Translations under genes and position numbers: made by a program
Assembly (NCBI GenBank): GCA_035717805.1
Contig: DASTIF010000083.1
Coordinates: 4,026-68,025 of the forward strand
DNA: 64,000 nucleotides
From: Sphingomicrobium sp.
Lineage (GTDB): Bacteria > Pseudomonadota > Alphaproteobacteria > Sphingomonadales > Sphingomonadaceae
Direction: 5' to 3'
In this document: in pieces, positions 1 through 9,402 of the stretch
Layout of the letters: each line of letters begins with the position of its first letter
Position numbering within the stretch: position 1 is the first letter of the stretch
Notes under the pieces: model-generated
Databases searched by the model: none
What the model saw: the letters and a program-made list of their open reading frames with translations, nothing else
What the model was told of the DNA's origin: nothing

Positions 1-1606
1 CCTCCGACGGATCGAAGGCCTTGTCGATCGGTTGGCTTGCGAAGCGGATGAAATACCAGCTCGAATCCACGAAGGTGTCGAACGTGTCGGTCTCGCGAAG
101 CGCTTCGCCGCCGCACTCCGGACAGCTCGTGCGCCGCCAACCCTCGTTGCGGTCGAGCGGGTTGCCGGGCATGTCGAAGCTGACGTCGGTGGGAAGCAGA
201 ACCGGCAGCTGATCGCGCGGTACCGCCACCGGGCCGCACGAATTGCAATGGACGATCGGGATCGGCGTCCCCCAATAGCGTTGCCGGGACACGCCCCAGT
301 CGCGAAGCCGGTAGGCGGTTTCTCGAGTGCCCCAGCCCTGCTCCTCGGCGCGGCGGATGACGGCATCCTGCGCTTCCTCCACCGAAAGGCCGTCGAGGAA
401 TTTCGAATTGACGATGACGCCTTCGCCCGGCTCGGCGGCATCGCCGATCGGGGTCGAAGCGTCCTGGTCCGGCCGGGCCACGACCCGCCGGATCGGGAGC
501 TCGTATTTGCTCGCGAACTCGAAGTCGCGCTGGTCGTGGGCGGGAACCCCAAAGACTGCCCCGGCGCCATATTCCATGAGCACGAAGTTGGCGATCCACA
601 CCGGCAGCCGCCATTCCGGCTCGAGCGGATGAACCGCCTCTATCCCGGTCAGGAAGCCGCTCTTTTCCTGGCTCTCGACGGCCTCCTCGCTGGTTCCGAC
701 CGACCTGGCTTCGGCGACGAATTTCGCCGCGTCCGGATTCTCGGCGGCGACCGCCCGGGCGAGCGGGTGATCGGGCGCGACGGCAACGAAGCTCGCTCCG
801 AAAATCGTGTCGGGCCGGGTCGTGAACACCTCGACTTCGGGCGCGGCGGCGAGGCCCGCCTTGACCCACGGATAATCCGCGTCGGCTCCGTCGGCCGCGA
901 GCTTGAACCGGAATCGCAGTCCGTCGGACCGGCCGATCCAGTTGGCCTGCATCAGCTTCACCTTGTCGGGCCAGTCCTCGAGGCTTTCGAGGCCGTCGAG
1001 AAGCTCGTCGGCAAAGTCGGTGATCTTCAGGAACCATTGCGACAGCTTGCGCCGCTCGACCGTCGCTCCGGACCGCCAGCCCTTGCCGTCGATGACCTGC
1101 TCGTTTGCAAGCACCGTCATGTCGACCGGGTCCCAATTGACCTCGCTTTCCTTGCGATAGACCAGGCCCGCTTCGTAAAGATCGAGGAACAGGGCCTGCT
1201 CGTGCCCGTAATATTCCGGATCGCAGGTCGCGAGCTCGCGGCTCCAGTCGAGAGCGAAGCCCAGCCTTTTCAGCTGGTCGCGCATCGCGGCGATGTTCGA
1301 CCGCGTCCAGCCATCGGGATGGACCCCGCGCTCCATCGCGGCATTTTCCGCCGGCATTCCGAACGCGTCCCAGCCCATCGGGTGAAGCACCTCATGGCCC
1401 TTCATCCTTTTGTAGCGGGCGAGCACATCCCCCATGGTGTAATTGCGGACGTGACCCATGTGGATCCGCCCCGAAGGATAGGGGAACATTTCCAGCACGT
1501 AGGCCTTGGGCTTGCCGCTATCGGGATCGGCGATGAAGCATCGCTTCTCGTCCCACGTCTTTTGCCAGCGGACGTCCGCAACCGCCGGATCGAAGCGGCC
1601 GGTCAT
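1..1606 (-). CDS. leuS: Leucine--tRNA ligase, 3' end runs off the window
   Basis: Manual translation from ATG at 1606: [18 protein letters not shown]...[25 protein letters not shown] (HIGH-type motif) and [16 protein letters not shown]. Absent from the ORF track because it has no stop in the window. Confidence 0.97.
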   Translation of the reverse strand, partial: MTGRFDPAVADVRWQKTWDEKRCFIADPDSGKPKAYVLEMFPYPSGRIHMGHVRNYTMGDVLARYKRMKGHEVLHPMGWDAFGMPAENAAMERGVHPDGWTRSNIAAMRDQLKRLGFALDWSRELATCDPEYYGHEQALFLDLYEAGLVYRKESEVNWDPVDMTVLANEQVIDGKGWRSGATVERRKLSQWFLKITDFADELLDGLESLEDWPDKVKLMQANWIGRSDGLRFRFKLAADGADADYPWVKAGLAAAPEVEVFTTRPDTIFGASFVAVAPDHPLARAVAAENPDAAKFVAEARSVGTSEEAVESQEKSGFLTGIEAVHPLEPEWRLPVWIANFVLMEYGAGAVFGVPAHDQRDFEFASKYELPIRRVVARPDQDASTPIGDAAEPGEGVIVNSKFLDGLSVEEAQDAVIRRAEEQGWGTRETAYRLRDWGVSRQRYWGTPIPIVHCNSCGPVAVPRDQLPVLLPTDVSFDMPGNPLDRNEGWRRTSCPECGGEALRETDTFDTFVDSSWYFIRFASQPIDKAFDPSE

Positions 1607-1622
1607 GAAATCAACTCCGAAA

Positions 1623-2057
1623 TCAGCCGGGCACGGTTCCGCGGCGGATGTCCCGGGCGCGGGTCAATATGATGTCTTCGAGCTTCTGCACCGTGGCCGC
1701 CGCGACGGGCGCTTCGACCCAGGTGCCGTTCTGAAGGACCTGCCTCGACGCGGCGACGCGCAGTGCGTCGGCGCGAAGATCCTGATCGAGGATCGAGACC
1801 GTCAGCTTGACGCGCTCGCCCGGAGCGCGCGGGTTGGCGTACCAGTCGGTGATGATCACCCCGCTGCTGGCGTCGGCCTGAAGCAACGGCGCGAAGGAAA
1901 TCGTGTCGAGCGCCGCCTGCCACAGATAGGAATTGACCCCGATCGTGGTCATCCGGGCCGGAGCGAGCTCGCTCGGTGCGGCACGCCTCGGGGCGCAGCC
2001 GGACGCTGCGAGAGTAACGACAACAAGCGCTGCGGCAGTGGTCTTCAGACGGAACAT
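1623..2057 (-). CDS. DUF3576-family lipoprotein
   Basis: Lipobox-like [32 protein letters not shown] motif. Sits directly upstream of leuS, as is usual in alphaproteobacteria. Confidence 0.85.
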   Translation of the reverse strand: MFRLKTTAAALVVVTLAASGCAPRRAAPSELAPARMTTIGVNSYLWQAALDTISFAPLLQADASSGVIITDWYANPRAPGERVKLTVSILDQDLRADALRVAASRQVLQNGTWVEAPVAAATVQKLEDIILTRARDIRRGTVPG

Positions 2058-2138
2058 CGGCTTCCTCGGGGCTTTGGCGTTTCGAGCGCGTTATAGATGC
2101 TGCCCGCAAGGCCGCAAGCGCGGCAGTCGAACGCAACT

Positions 2139-2216
2139 TGTTGTGGAAGTGCAACAGAGTCTGGGCGAATCGACTCGAGTCATGGAACCTTCAGCTTGCT
2201 GAGCCTATATCGACTC
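2139..2216. promoter_or_regulatory. Divergent promoter region with a TGTTG-N8-CAACA palindrome and five GANTC (CcrM) sites
   Basis: TGTTG 2139-2143 and CAACA 2152-2156. GANTC at 2157, 2167, 2172, 2177 and 2212. Confidence 0.5.
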
Positions 2217-2237
2217 GCGAACAGGGAGTGTTCTCAC

Positions 2238-2942
2238 GTGAATCCCGGCCGCTTCAATGCAGGAAAACTGGCAGTCGCGCTCGGCGCGGCGGGTCTTCTG
2301 CTGTCGCCGGCATTCGCGGCCGGCGATCCGGGCAAGCAGCCGCCCGCGGTTGCGCTCAGCCTTAGCCCCGATTTCAACTTCACTCCGGCATCGGCCGACC
2401 CGCGACTCGCCGCCGCTTTCTCGGGCCGTGCACCGTCGCTCGGCGAATTCAAGTTCACGCCCGCCGCGGCCAAGGGCCGTCCGTCGCAAATCCGTGTCGC
2501 CATTCGTGCCCGCACGACGACTCCGCAGCTCGCTTCGAACAGCTCGGCGTCTCCGGTCAGCGCGCTCACGCCGGTCAGCTACAATCTCGGAGTGGCGGTC
2601 GGCTGGCGCAGGTTCGCCGTGTCGGGCGATGTCAAAAAGATCGATTCGGCGGGCTCGCCGGTCGACGGCCGGGAAAGCGCCGCGGTCGGGATCAGCTATT
2701 CGCTTCCGCGCTTCACCGGCCGGGTCGCGGTCTCCGCCGATCGTGCGGAAGGCCGGGCTGCGCCCGCGCTTCGCGATCCGGACAATTATGCGGTCGATGT
2801 CGGCGGATCCTATTCGCTGACCCACCGGCTCTCGGTGACGGGCGGCGTGCGCTACAAAATCGAGCGTGACCGCCTCTCGGCGCTCAACGACAACCGCGTC
2901 GACAGCCAGGCCGTCTACATCGGGACGGCGTTCAAGTTCTAG
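2238..2942 (+). CDS. Outer-membrane beta-barrel (porin-like) protein
   Basis: GTG start after GGGAG. Signal peptide ending in AFA, alternating amphipathic strands, C-terminal YIGTAFKF BAM signal. Confidence 0.7.
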   Translation: MNPGRFNAGKLAVALGAAGLLLSPAFAAGDPGKQPPAVALSLSPDFNFTPASADPRLAAAFSGRAPSLGEFKFTPAAAKGRPSQIRVAIRARTTTPQLASNSSASPVSALTPVSYNLGVAVGWRRFAVSGDVKKIDSAGSPVDGRESAAVGISYSLPRFTGRVAVSADRAEGRAAPALRDPDNYAVDVGGSYSLTHRLSVTGGVRYKIERDRLSALNDNRVDSQAVYIGTAFKF

Positions 2943-3011
2943 CTTCGCTCCAGTCACAGTTCGTTGCTTAGCGCCGCGATTTTGGCGCCGCCTCGCGTGA
3001 CTTTAGTGAAC

Positions 3012-3485
3012 TCAGCGTACTGACCAGGCGTCGATCCCCGCCCAGCCTCGAAAGCCGAGCGGCTCGATCCGCCTGAACTTGCTCTCGTCCATTCCGCCGA
3101 GGCCAAGCAATCGACGCCCTCCCAGCCGCGCGAGCGCCGCCGCGCGCATTCTTGGAATTGGCTGCCGGCCGGGATGGCTGCGAGTGCGATTGAGCGGCGA
3201 CAGAAGGATGAGCGGAGTCCGCTTGAGAAGGGCCTGCCGCAATTCGCGGCGGTCGTGAACCCGGACGAATTCGCGATCCGTTTCGTCAAGCACCCTCAAA
3301 GCACGCGCGCGCGCGACTCGGCGGAGCGACCTGACAAGCGCCGCTCTCTCCCGCGCCGCAAGATTGCGATGAAGGACGAGGACACCGGTTCCGCGCGGCA
3401 GGTTGCGAACTGCTCGCACAGCATCGGCCGTACGCTGGTCCACGATGAACCATTGGCGGGCCATTGCGGTCTGGCGGCGCTTCAT
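3012..3485 (-). CDS. Thiamine phosphate synthase-like (TMP-TENI) protein
   Basis: VHDRRE, LSPLNRTRSHPG and LGLGGM motifs. Divergent from yggS. Start codon uncertain. Confidence 0.7.
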   Translation of the reverse strand: MKRRQTAMARQWFIVDQRTADAVRAVRNLPRGTGVLVLHRNLAARERAALVRSLRRVARARALRVLDETDREFVRVHDRRELRQALLKRTPLILLSPLNRTRSHPGRQPIPRMRAAALARLGGRRLLGLGGMDESKFRRIEPLGFRGWAGIDAWSVR

Positions 3486-3509
3486 CGCGCTTCCTATAGC
3501 CGCATTCCG

Positions 3510-4175
3510 ATGAGCAGCGCCGATCGCCGCCAGCAAATCCTCGACTCAATAGCCGCGTCGGCCAGGATCGCGCGCCGCGATCCCGACGACGTCACCTTGA
3601 TCGCGGTCAGCAAGACTCGAAGCGCCGAGGAAATCAAAGCGCTGATCGAAGCGGGCCAGCGCGATTTCGGTGAAAGCCGGGTCCAGGAAGCGCAATCCAA
3701 ATGGCCGGAGATTCTATCCGCTCGCCCCGACCTGCGCCTGCACTGCGTCGGACGATTGCAATCGAACAAGGCGGCGGACGCGGTCCGCCTTTTCGATTCG
3801 ATCCACTCGCTCGACCGGCCATCTTTGCTCGACGCTTTGGTGAAAGAAGCGGAGAAAGCGGATCGGTGCCCCTCCATCTATGTCCAGGTCAACATCGGCG
3901 ACGAAGCGCAGAAAGGCGGATGCGCGATCGAACACGTTGGTTCGCTGGTCGCGGCCGTCCGTGCTTCGCCGCTGCCGCTGGCGGGTCTCATGTGCATTCC
4001 GCCGCTCGGTCTCGAACCGGCGCCCTTCTTCGCGCTGCTTGCAAAACTGGCCGAGGAACATGACGTCGAAGGTCTTAGCATGGGGATGTCCGCCGACTAT
4101 CGCGAGGCGGTTCTGCTCGGCGCGACGGCCGTTCGCGTTGGCACTGCGCTCTTCGAAGACGACCCGCAGGCCTAG
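3510..4175 (+). CDS. yggS: YggS family PLP-binding protein
   Basis: LIAVSKT, FGESRVQE, GRLQSNK, GLMCIPP, LSMGMSAD and VRVGTALF motifs. Confidence 0.95.
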   Translation: MSSADRRQQILDSIAASARIARRDPDDVTLIAVSKTRSAEEIKALIEAGQRDFGESRVQEAQSKWPEILSARPDLRLHCVGRLQSNKAADAVRLFDSIHSLDRPSLLDALVKEAEKADRCPSIYVQVNIGDEAQKGGCAIEHVGSLVAAVRASPLPLAGLMCIPPLGLEPAPFFALLAKLAEEHDVEGLSMGMSADYREAVLLGATAVRVGTALFEDDPQA

Positions 4176-5224
4176 GGGAGATGCCCGCTCTTCTGGCGCT
4201 TTGCTGACAGATAATCGGCGTTGTGCGGATTGGCGGGCATGTGATGGCCGACCCGCTCGACCACCTCGATCCCGGCCTTGCCGAGCGCCTCGACCTTGGC
4301 CGGATTGTTGGTGAGAAGCCGGACCGCGCCAATCCTTAGAGCCCGAAGGATTGCCGCGCCATGCTCATAATCGCGTTCGTCGTCGGCGAAGCCGAGGCGC
4401 AGGTTGGCGTCGAACGTATCGAGGCCGCGGTCCTGCAGCGCATAGGCGCGTAGCTTGTTGCCGAGCCCGATCCCGCGCCCTTCCTGTCGCAGGTAAAGCA
4501 AGACTCCTCCGCCCGCCGCCGCGATCAGCCGCAGCGCTTCCTTCAACTGCGGCCCGCAATCGCATTTCAGCGAACCGAAGACGTCGCCCGTCAGGCATTC
4601 GCTATGAAGCCGGACCAGCGGCGGACCGCCGCCGAACGCGCCGACGACCAAGGCGACATGCTCCTCGCCGTCATCGCTTGCCCGAAACGCGGCAATCTGG
4701 GTTTCGGGCATGTCTTCGAGCGGCAGTCGGGCGCGCGCGACGAGCGCGACTTCGGGCGATGCGTTTCTGATTTCCCCAGCGGCAATCGAAACCGCGCCCG
4801 GTGCATCCTCGACCAGCCACAAGGCGGGCAGCAATCCCGCCAGTCTCGCAAGCTTGAGCGCTGCGGCCGCTTCGTCGTGGCGGTTCAGTACGACCGGCTG
4901 CAGCGGCCCGAGCGGCGGCCGGTCGAGGTCGCTGCCCGGATCGGCGATCGCCCGTGCCGAATCCACATCGAGCCAGGTGCTCCGCTCGATCAGTACCGGC
5001 TCGGACGGATCGGCGGCGTCGCGACGATTGGCGAGCGACAGCGCGGCGGCGCGCCAGCCGCTGACGAGAAGTCGGGCAGGGACGCCGGACTCGGCCAGCT
5101 CAAGCATTTCGGCATCCGTGGTTTCGACCGAAAGCACGACCAGCGGACTGTCCGATTCGATCCGCACCGCGCGCCCCGTCTTGAGCGCAGCGATCGCGGC
5201 TCGAAGCGGCTGGCCCTGGCTCAA
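4172..5224 (-). CDS. ribA: GTP cyclohydrolase II with a degenerate N-terminal RibB-like region
   Basis: VRLHSECLTGDVFGSLKCDCG, QEGRGIGL.NK and LLTNNP motifs. Probable TTG start overlaps the xth stop. Confidence 0.9.
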   Translation of the reverse strand: MSQGQPLRAAIAALKTGRAVRIESDSPLVVLSVETTDAEMLELAESGVPARLLVSGWRAAALSLANRRDAADPSEPVLIERSTWLDVDSARAIADPGSDLDRPPLGPLQPVVLNRHDEAAAALKLARLAGLLPALWLVEDAPGAVSIAAGEIRNASPEVALVARARLPLEDMPETQIAAFRASDDGEEHVALVVGAFGGGPPLVRLHSECLTGDVFGSLKCDCGPQLKEALRLIAAAGGGVLLYLRQEGRGIGLGNKLRAYALQDRGLDTFDANLRLGFADDERDYEHGAAILRALRIGAVRLLTNNPAKVEALGKAGIEVVERVGHHMPANPHNADYLSAKRQKSGHLP

Positions 5225-6015
5225 AACCGCAGCTCGCAGATCAAGGGGACATGGTCGGACGGCCGCTCCCAGCTTCGGCACGGTTCGAGAACGTAGTGGC
5301 TGGCGAGGTTGGCCTCCAGCTGCGGCGACGCCCACATATGGTCGAGCCTGCGGCCGCGGTCGTTCTTCGTCCAGTCGGGCGATCGATAGCTCCACCAGGT
5401 GAAGCAACGTTCGGGCGCCGGCACGAAGCGTCTGCCGATGTCGATCCAGTCATGTGCCTGCCGCAAGCGGCTGAGCGCCTCCACCTCGACCGGCGTGTGG
5501 CTGACGACCTTCAAAAGGGCCTTGTGCGACCAGACGTCGCAATCGAGCGGAGCCACGTTGAAGTCGCCGACGATCAGCGTCGGTTCCCTGAGGCCTTCCG
5601 ACCAGCGCGTCATCCGCTCGATGAAGTCCAGCTTCTGGCCGAATTTCGGATTGAGCTTGCGGTCGGGCGTATCGCCGCCGGCCGGGATGTAGACGTTTTC
5701 GAGACGGATACCGCAGCCCAGCCGGACTCCGACATGCCTGGCTTCGCCATTGTCCTGCCAGTCGTGGCGCCCCGCATCGTTGAGCGGCAGTCGGCTGAGA
5801 ATCGCGACTCCGTGGTGCATCCGCTGGCCGTTGAGCGCCGCATGCGCGTAACCGAGGCGCCTGAACGAATCGGCGGGGAAGATCGAATCCACCACCTTGG
5901 TTTCCTGGAGGCAGAGGATATCGGGCTGCTGCTCGGCGATCAGCCGCTCGACCAGCGCCGGCCGGGCGCGGACCGAGTTGATGTTCCAGGATGCGATCTT
6001 GATCGTCGTCGACAC
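5221..6015 (-). CDS. xth: Exodeoxyribonuclease III
   Basis: SWNINS, LCLQETK, GDFNVAP, FTWWSYR, GRRLDH and SDHVP motifs. Confidence 0.95.
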   Translation of the reverse strand: MSTTIKIASWNINSVRARPALVERLIAEQQPDILCLQETKVVDSIFPADSFRRLGYAHAALNGQRMHHGVAILSRLPLNDAGRHDWQDNGEARHVGVRLGCGIRLENVYIPAGGDTPDRKLNPKFGQKLDFIERMTRWSEGLREPTLIVGDFNVAPLDCDVWSHKALLKVVSHTPVEVEALSRLRQAHDWIDIGRRFVPAPERCFTWWSYRSPDWTKNDRGRRLDHMWASPQLEANLASHYVLEPCRSWERPSDHVPLICELRF

Positions 6016-6085
6016 GTGATGCGCTTAGCCTTTCCTTACGCGGAAAAAAAAGGCGGGCCCTTAACCGGCCTGTCCCCGGCAGCCC

Positions 6086-6124
6086 AAAAAAAGGCCCTCG
6101 CTCCGGGGGCATGGAGCGAGGGCC
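6086..6124 (-). terminator. Rho-independent terminator
   Basis: GGCCCTCGCTCC (6093-6104) / GGAGCGAGGGCC (6113-6124) perfect inverted repeat, followed by T7 on the minus strand. Confidence 0.85.
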
Positions 6125-6200
6125 GACCAAGCGTTCGTCACGCAAGGTGATTGTCGCGGCCCGGGTAACAGGGGGAAACCCCAAGCCTGATGCGGCAATC
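6086..6200 (-). ncRNA. Candidate small RNA with two C-rich hairpin loops and an intrinsic terminator
   Basis: Non-coding gap. Stem GAUUGCCGC..GCGACAAUC encloses UUUCCCCCUGUUACCC. It is followed by a perfect 12-bp stem with loop AUGCCCCC and U7. Confidence 0.55.
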
Positions 6201-6224
6201 TTTGCCGATTTACTCCGCTCTAGC

Positions 6225-6238
6225 TGACGGGCCGATGA
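6225..6238. promoter_or_regulatory. TGA-N8-TGA direct repeat (CenR-like site)
   Basis: TGAcgggccgaTGA, upstream of the candidate sRNA. Short motif. Confidence 0.35.
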
Positions 6239-6263
6239 ACAAGTTTCTATCTGCTACGGTTTT

Positions 6264-6881
6264 CTAGCGTCCGCGCTTCCTGGGCTCGGCGTAAGTGAAG
6301 GCGCTTGCAGGAACCCCGACATTGTAATGCTGGTCGGAGAGGCGGACCTGGGTTTTCTTGCCCTGCGCGTCGACCGCGGTCCATCCATATAGCCTCAGGC
6401 CGGCGGGCGCCGACGCCTCGCGGATGAAGGCCAGGATCAATGTCCCATATTCCTTGTGATAGGGGTCCTGGGCGCGGACCACGACGACTCGCGGGTCCTT
6501 GTCGTCGACTATCCGAGCGATCCGCTCGATGTCGGGATTGGGAGCAAGCAGAATCCCAAGCGGAGTCTTGCTGAGCGCCCAGCTCGACTTCTGGCCGACT
6601 TCATAATCGATAAATGTTAGATTTTTGCCGTCCGCGACCAGAAGGACATTGACGCCCTGGCCGTATTCGAACCGGATTCGGCCGGGGCGCTTGAGCTTGA
6701 GCGTTCCGCTCAATGTCTGGCCCTTGGAATCGGTCTGGGTGAAATTGGCGGTCATCGTATCGGTCGCGCGCAGATGGGCCTCGATCTTGGCGAGGTCGCC
6801 GGACGCCGCCAATGCCGGAACCGGCGTGGCGACGATCGCCACCGGCACGATCGCGCGCGCAAAACGGGTTGGAAGGGACAT
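6264..6881 (-). CDS. lolA: Outer-membrane lipoprotein carrier protein LolA family
   Basis: Signal peptide. A.FTQ..G.L.LKRPGRIRFEY, LLVADG and KTPLG motifs. Downstream of ftsK. Confidence 0.9.
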   Translation of the reverse strand: MSLPTRFARAIVPVAIVATPVPALAASGDLAKIEAHLRATDTMTANFTQTDSKGQTLSGTLKLKRPGRIRFEYGQGVNVLLVADGKNLTFIDYEVGQKSSWALSKTPLGILLAPNPDIERIARIVDDKDPRVVVVRAQDPYHKEYGTLILAFIREASAPAGLRLYGWTAVDAQGKKTQVRLSDQHYNVGVPASAFTYAEPRKRGR

Positions 6882-6929
6882 GTGGAACTCCTGAAGGGAA
6901 TTTTGCCGGAAAAAATGGCAGTTTCCGAT

Positions 6930-6944
6930 TGAATGCGCTCTGAA
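6930..6944. promoter_or_regulatory. TGAA-N7-TGAA direct repeat (CenR-like) upstream of lolA
   Basis: TGAAtgcgctcTGAA in the ftsK-lolA gap. Confidence 0.4.
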
Positions 6945-6967
6945 CTCGCGAGTTCCGTGCCGTTCAG

Positions 6968-9277
6968 CTAGATCGGGTGACCTTCGGGATCGATCAGTAC
7001 TTCGCGGCGGCCGACATGGTCGGGCATCCCGACCTTGCCGTCCTTTTCCATCCGCTCGATCAGCCGCGCCGCACTGTTATAGCCGACCCGAAGCTGCCGC
7101 TGCAGATAGGACACCGATGCCTTCTGGCTCTCGGCGACGATCTGGACCGCCTTGCGATAGAGCTGGGTCTCGGGATCGTCCTCGCCGGTCGGCTGGCCGT
7201 CGAATAGATAGTCGCCGTCCTCGGGCTCCTCCGTGACCGCCTGGTTATATTCGGGGACGCCCTGCTTGCGCCAATGCTCGGCGACCGCTCGCACCTCTTC
7301 GTCGGAAACGAACGGGCCGTGGACGCGGATGATCTGCTTGCCGCCCGGCATGTAGAGCATGTCGCCCTTGCCAAGCAGCTGTTCGGCGCCCTGCTCGCCG
7401 AGGATCGTCCGGCTATCGATCTTGCTCGTCACTTGGAAGCTGATCCGGGTCGGCAGATTGGCCTTGATGACCCCGGTGATGACGTCGACCGAGGGCCGCT
7501 GGGTTGCCATGATCAGGTGGATGCCCGCCGCGCGCGCCTTTTGCGCCAAACGCTGGATCAGGAATTCCACCTCCTTGCCGGCCGTCATCATCAGGTCGGC
7601 GAGCTCATCCACGACGACCACGATCTGGGGAAGGACCTCATAGTCGAGCTGTTCGACCTCGTAGATCGGCTGGCCGGTGTCGGCATTGTAGCCGGTTTGA
7701 ACCCGCCGCCCGAGCTGCGCGCCCTTCGCTTTCGCTTCGCGCACCTTGGCGTTGAAGCTGGGGAGTGCCCGGACCCCGAGGTTCGCCATCATCCGGTAGC
7801 GCTCCTCCATCTGCTCGACCGTCCATTTCAGCGCCCGGATCGCCTTGCCGGGCTCGGTGACGACCGGCGCGAGCAGGTGCGGAATCCCCTCGTAGATGCT
7901 GAGCTCGAGCATCTTCGGGTCGATCAGGATCAGCCGGCACTCGTCGGGGCTCAGCCTGTAGAGCAGCGACAGGATCATGCAGTTGAGGCCGACCGACTTG
8001 CCCGATCCGGTGGTGCCCGCGACCAAAAGGTGCGGCATCGGCGCGAGGTCCGCGATCACGGCGTCGCCGCCGATATTCTTGCCCAGGATCAGCGGCAGCG
8101 CCATGCCGTCGTCGGCGAATGAATCGCTGGAGATCAACTGCGAGAGAGTGACGCTTTCGCGCCGGGCGTTGGGCAGCTCGATCCCGATCACGCTCCGCCC
8201 GGGGATGATCGCCACCCGCGCCGAGATCGCCTGCATGTTGCGTGCGATGTCGTCGGCGAGCTGGATCACCCGGCTGGCCTTGATCCCGCTCGCAGGCTCG
8301 AGCTCGTACATGGTGACGACCGGGCCGGGACGCACTTCGACGATATTGCCTCGGACGTGGAAATCCTCGAGCACGGACTCCAGGATCCGCGCATTGCGCT
8401 CGAGGGCAGGCCGGTCGATTTGGAAGCGGCTCTTTTCCGGCGCCTTTGCGAGAAGCCCGACGTCGGGAAGGACATAGCTGTCCCCGAGTGCGAGGCCAGG
8501 CTGGGCGATAATCTTTCGAGTCGCTCCTCGCGATCGCATGGGGGCAGGTGCAGGCTCCGCGACGGCAACGGCCGGGCGCGGTTTCGGCGGCGCTGCGGCG
8601 GAGTGCTCATCGCGCGGGCTCTGCGTCCGGCGAGGCTTCGCCTTCGGTTGCGTCGAGCGGGAGAACAGGCCGCCAAGCCAGGCCTTTTCCTCCGCGCTCA
8701 GAGCGAGCGCGAACCAGGCCACCACCAGCCCCAAAGCGGCGAACAGCAGCAGCAACCCGAAATGCGCAGGCGCGACGAATCGCTCATCGGGAATCAGCGC
8801 TACGGCGGAGTCGAGCCCGTTGGCCGCTGCAAGCCCGACCGCTCCGCCCCAGCCGCCCGGAAGCCCGGAAACCGCCGACCCGCTGGTGAGGCCGAGCGCG
8901 ACCCCGGCCAGCATGGCGGCGACTGCGGCAAGCAGAAGCGACCGGCCGACTCGGCCCGGCGGGTCGAGCCTCGCCATCCGCAAGCCCGCAAGCCCGATGA
9001 CCGGAACGAACAGTACCGCCCCCAGCCCGAACAGCAGGAAGGCGAAGTCGCTCACATAGGCGCCGAAGGTTCCGAGCCAGTTGTCGGGCGGACCGCCGGC
9101 GGCCGTCGTGAAGGACGGGTCGGTGCTGCTGTGCGACGCGAGCGCGATCGCGCCGGCGAGGCTGACGCCCACCAGCGCCACGCCCCAGCTCCGGACCGCA
9201 AGCCTTCGCATCGACTCGCGCAGGCGGTCGCGCCAGTCCGGTCCCAGATCCTTTGGCCGCGCCGCAGCCGTCGCCAT
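6968..9277 (-). CDS. ftsK: DNA translocase FtsK
   Basis: N-terminal TM segments, PHLLVAGTTGSGKS, DELADLM, ATQRPSVDVITG and gamma domain SYLQRQLRVGYNSAAR. Confidence 0.97.
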   Translation of the reverse strand: MATAAARPKDLGPDWRDRLRESMRRLAVRSWGVALVGVSLAGAIALASHSSTDPSFTTAAGGPPDNWLGTFGAYVSDFAFLLFGLGAVLFVPVIGLAGLRMARLDPPGRVGRSLLLAAVAAMLAGVALGLTSGSAVSGLPGGWGGAVGLAAANGLDSAVALIPDERFVAPAHFGLLLLFAALGLVVAWFALALSAEEKAWLGGLFSRSTQPKAKPRRTQSPRDEHSAAAPPKPRPAVAVAEPAPAPMRSRGATRKIIAQPGLALGDSYVLPDVGLLAKAPEKSRFQIDRPALERNARILESVLEDFHVRGNIVEVRPGPVVTMYELEPASGIKASRVIQLADDIARNMQAISARVAIIPGRSVIGIELPNARRESVTLSQLISSDSFADDGMALPLILGKNIGGDAVIADLAPMPHLLVAGTTGSGKSVGLNCMILSLLYRLSPDECRLILIDPKMLELSIYEGIPHLLAPVVTEPGKAIRALKWTVEQMEERYRMMANLGVRALPSFNAKVREAKAKGAQLGRRVQTGYNADTGQPIYEVEQLDYEVLPQIVVVVDELADLMMTAGKEVEFLIQRLAQKARAAGIHLIMATQRPSVDVITGVIKANLPTRISFQVTSKIDSRTILGEQGAEQLLGKGDMLYMPGGKQIIRVHGPFVSDEEVRAVAEHWRKQGVPEYNQAVTEEPEDGDYLFDGQPTGEDDPETQLYRKAVQIVAESQKASVSYLQRQLRVGYNSAARLIERMEKDGKVGMPDHVGRREVLIDPEGHPI

Positions 9278-9402
9278 CATCCCACCCCCAAAATCGCAGC
9301 CCTTAAAATGCCTTGTCCGGGACTCGGCCGCAAGCGAAGTCGTGACGTCAGCCGATTTCCGCCCCTCGCCACCGTGCAACTGCGGCGCTAGGGCAACGGC
9401 GC

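Noticed and set aside
32-1672. 546-aa plus-strand ORF, and similar long ORFs at 26711-28552, 31399-33048, 38969-41164, 58140-60146 and 60643-63000
   Set aside because: These are antisense shadows of leuS, polA, nadB, recQ/atm1, the M1 peptidase and the GGDEF/EAL gene. They are expected from high-GC codon bias and carry no recognisable motifs.
6044-6200. FMN riboswitch upstream of xth-ribA
   Set aside because: It lacks the RFN consensus segments (AGGGCGGGG, GAAAUUCCCGACCG, GGAUGGGAGA).
6952-6965. Alphaproteobacterial LexA box
   Set aside because: The spacing is GTTC-N6-GTTC, not N7.
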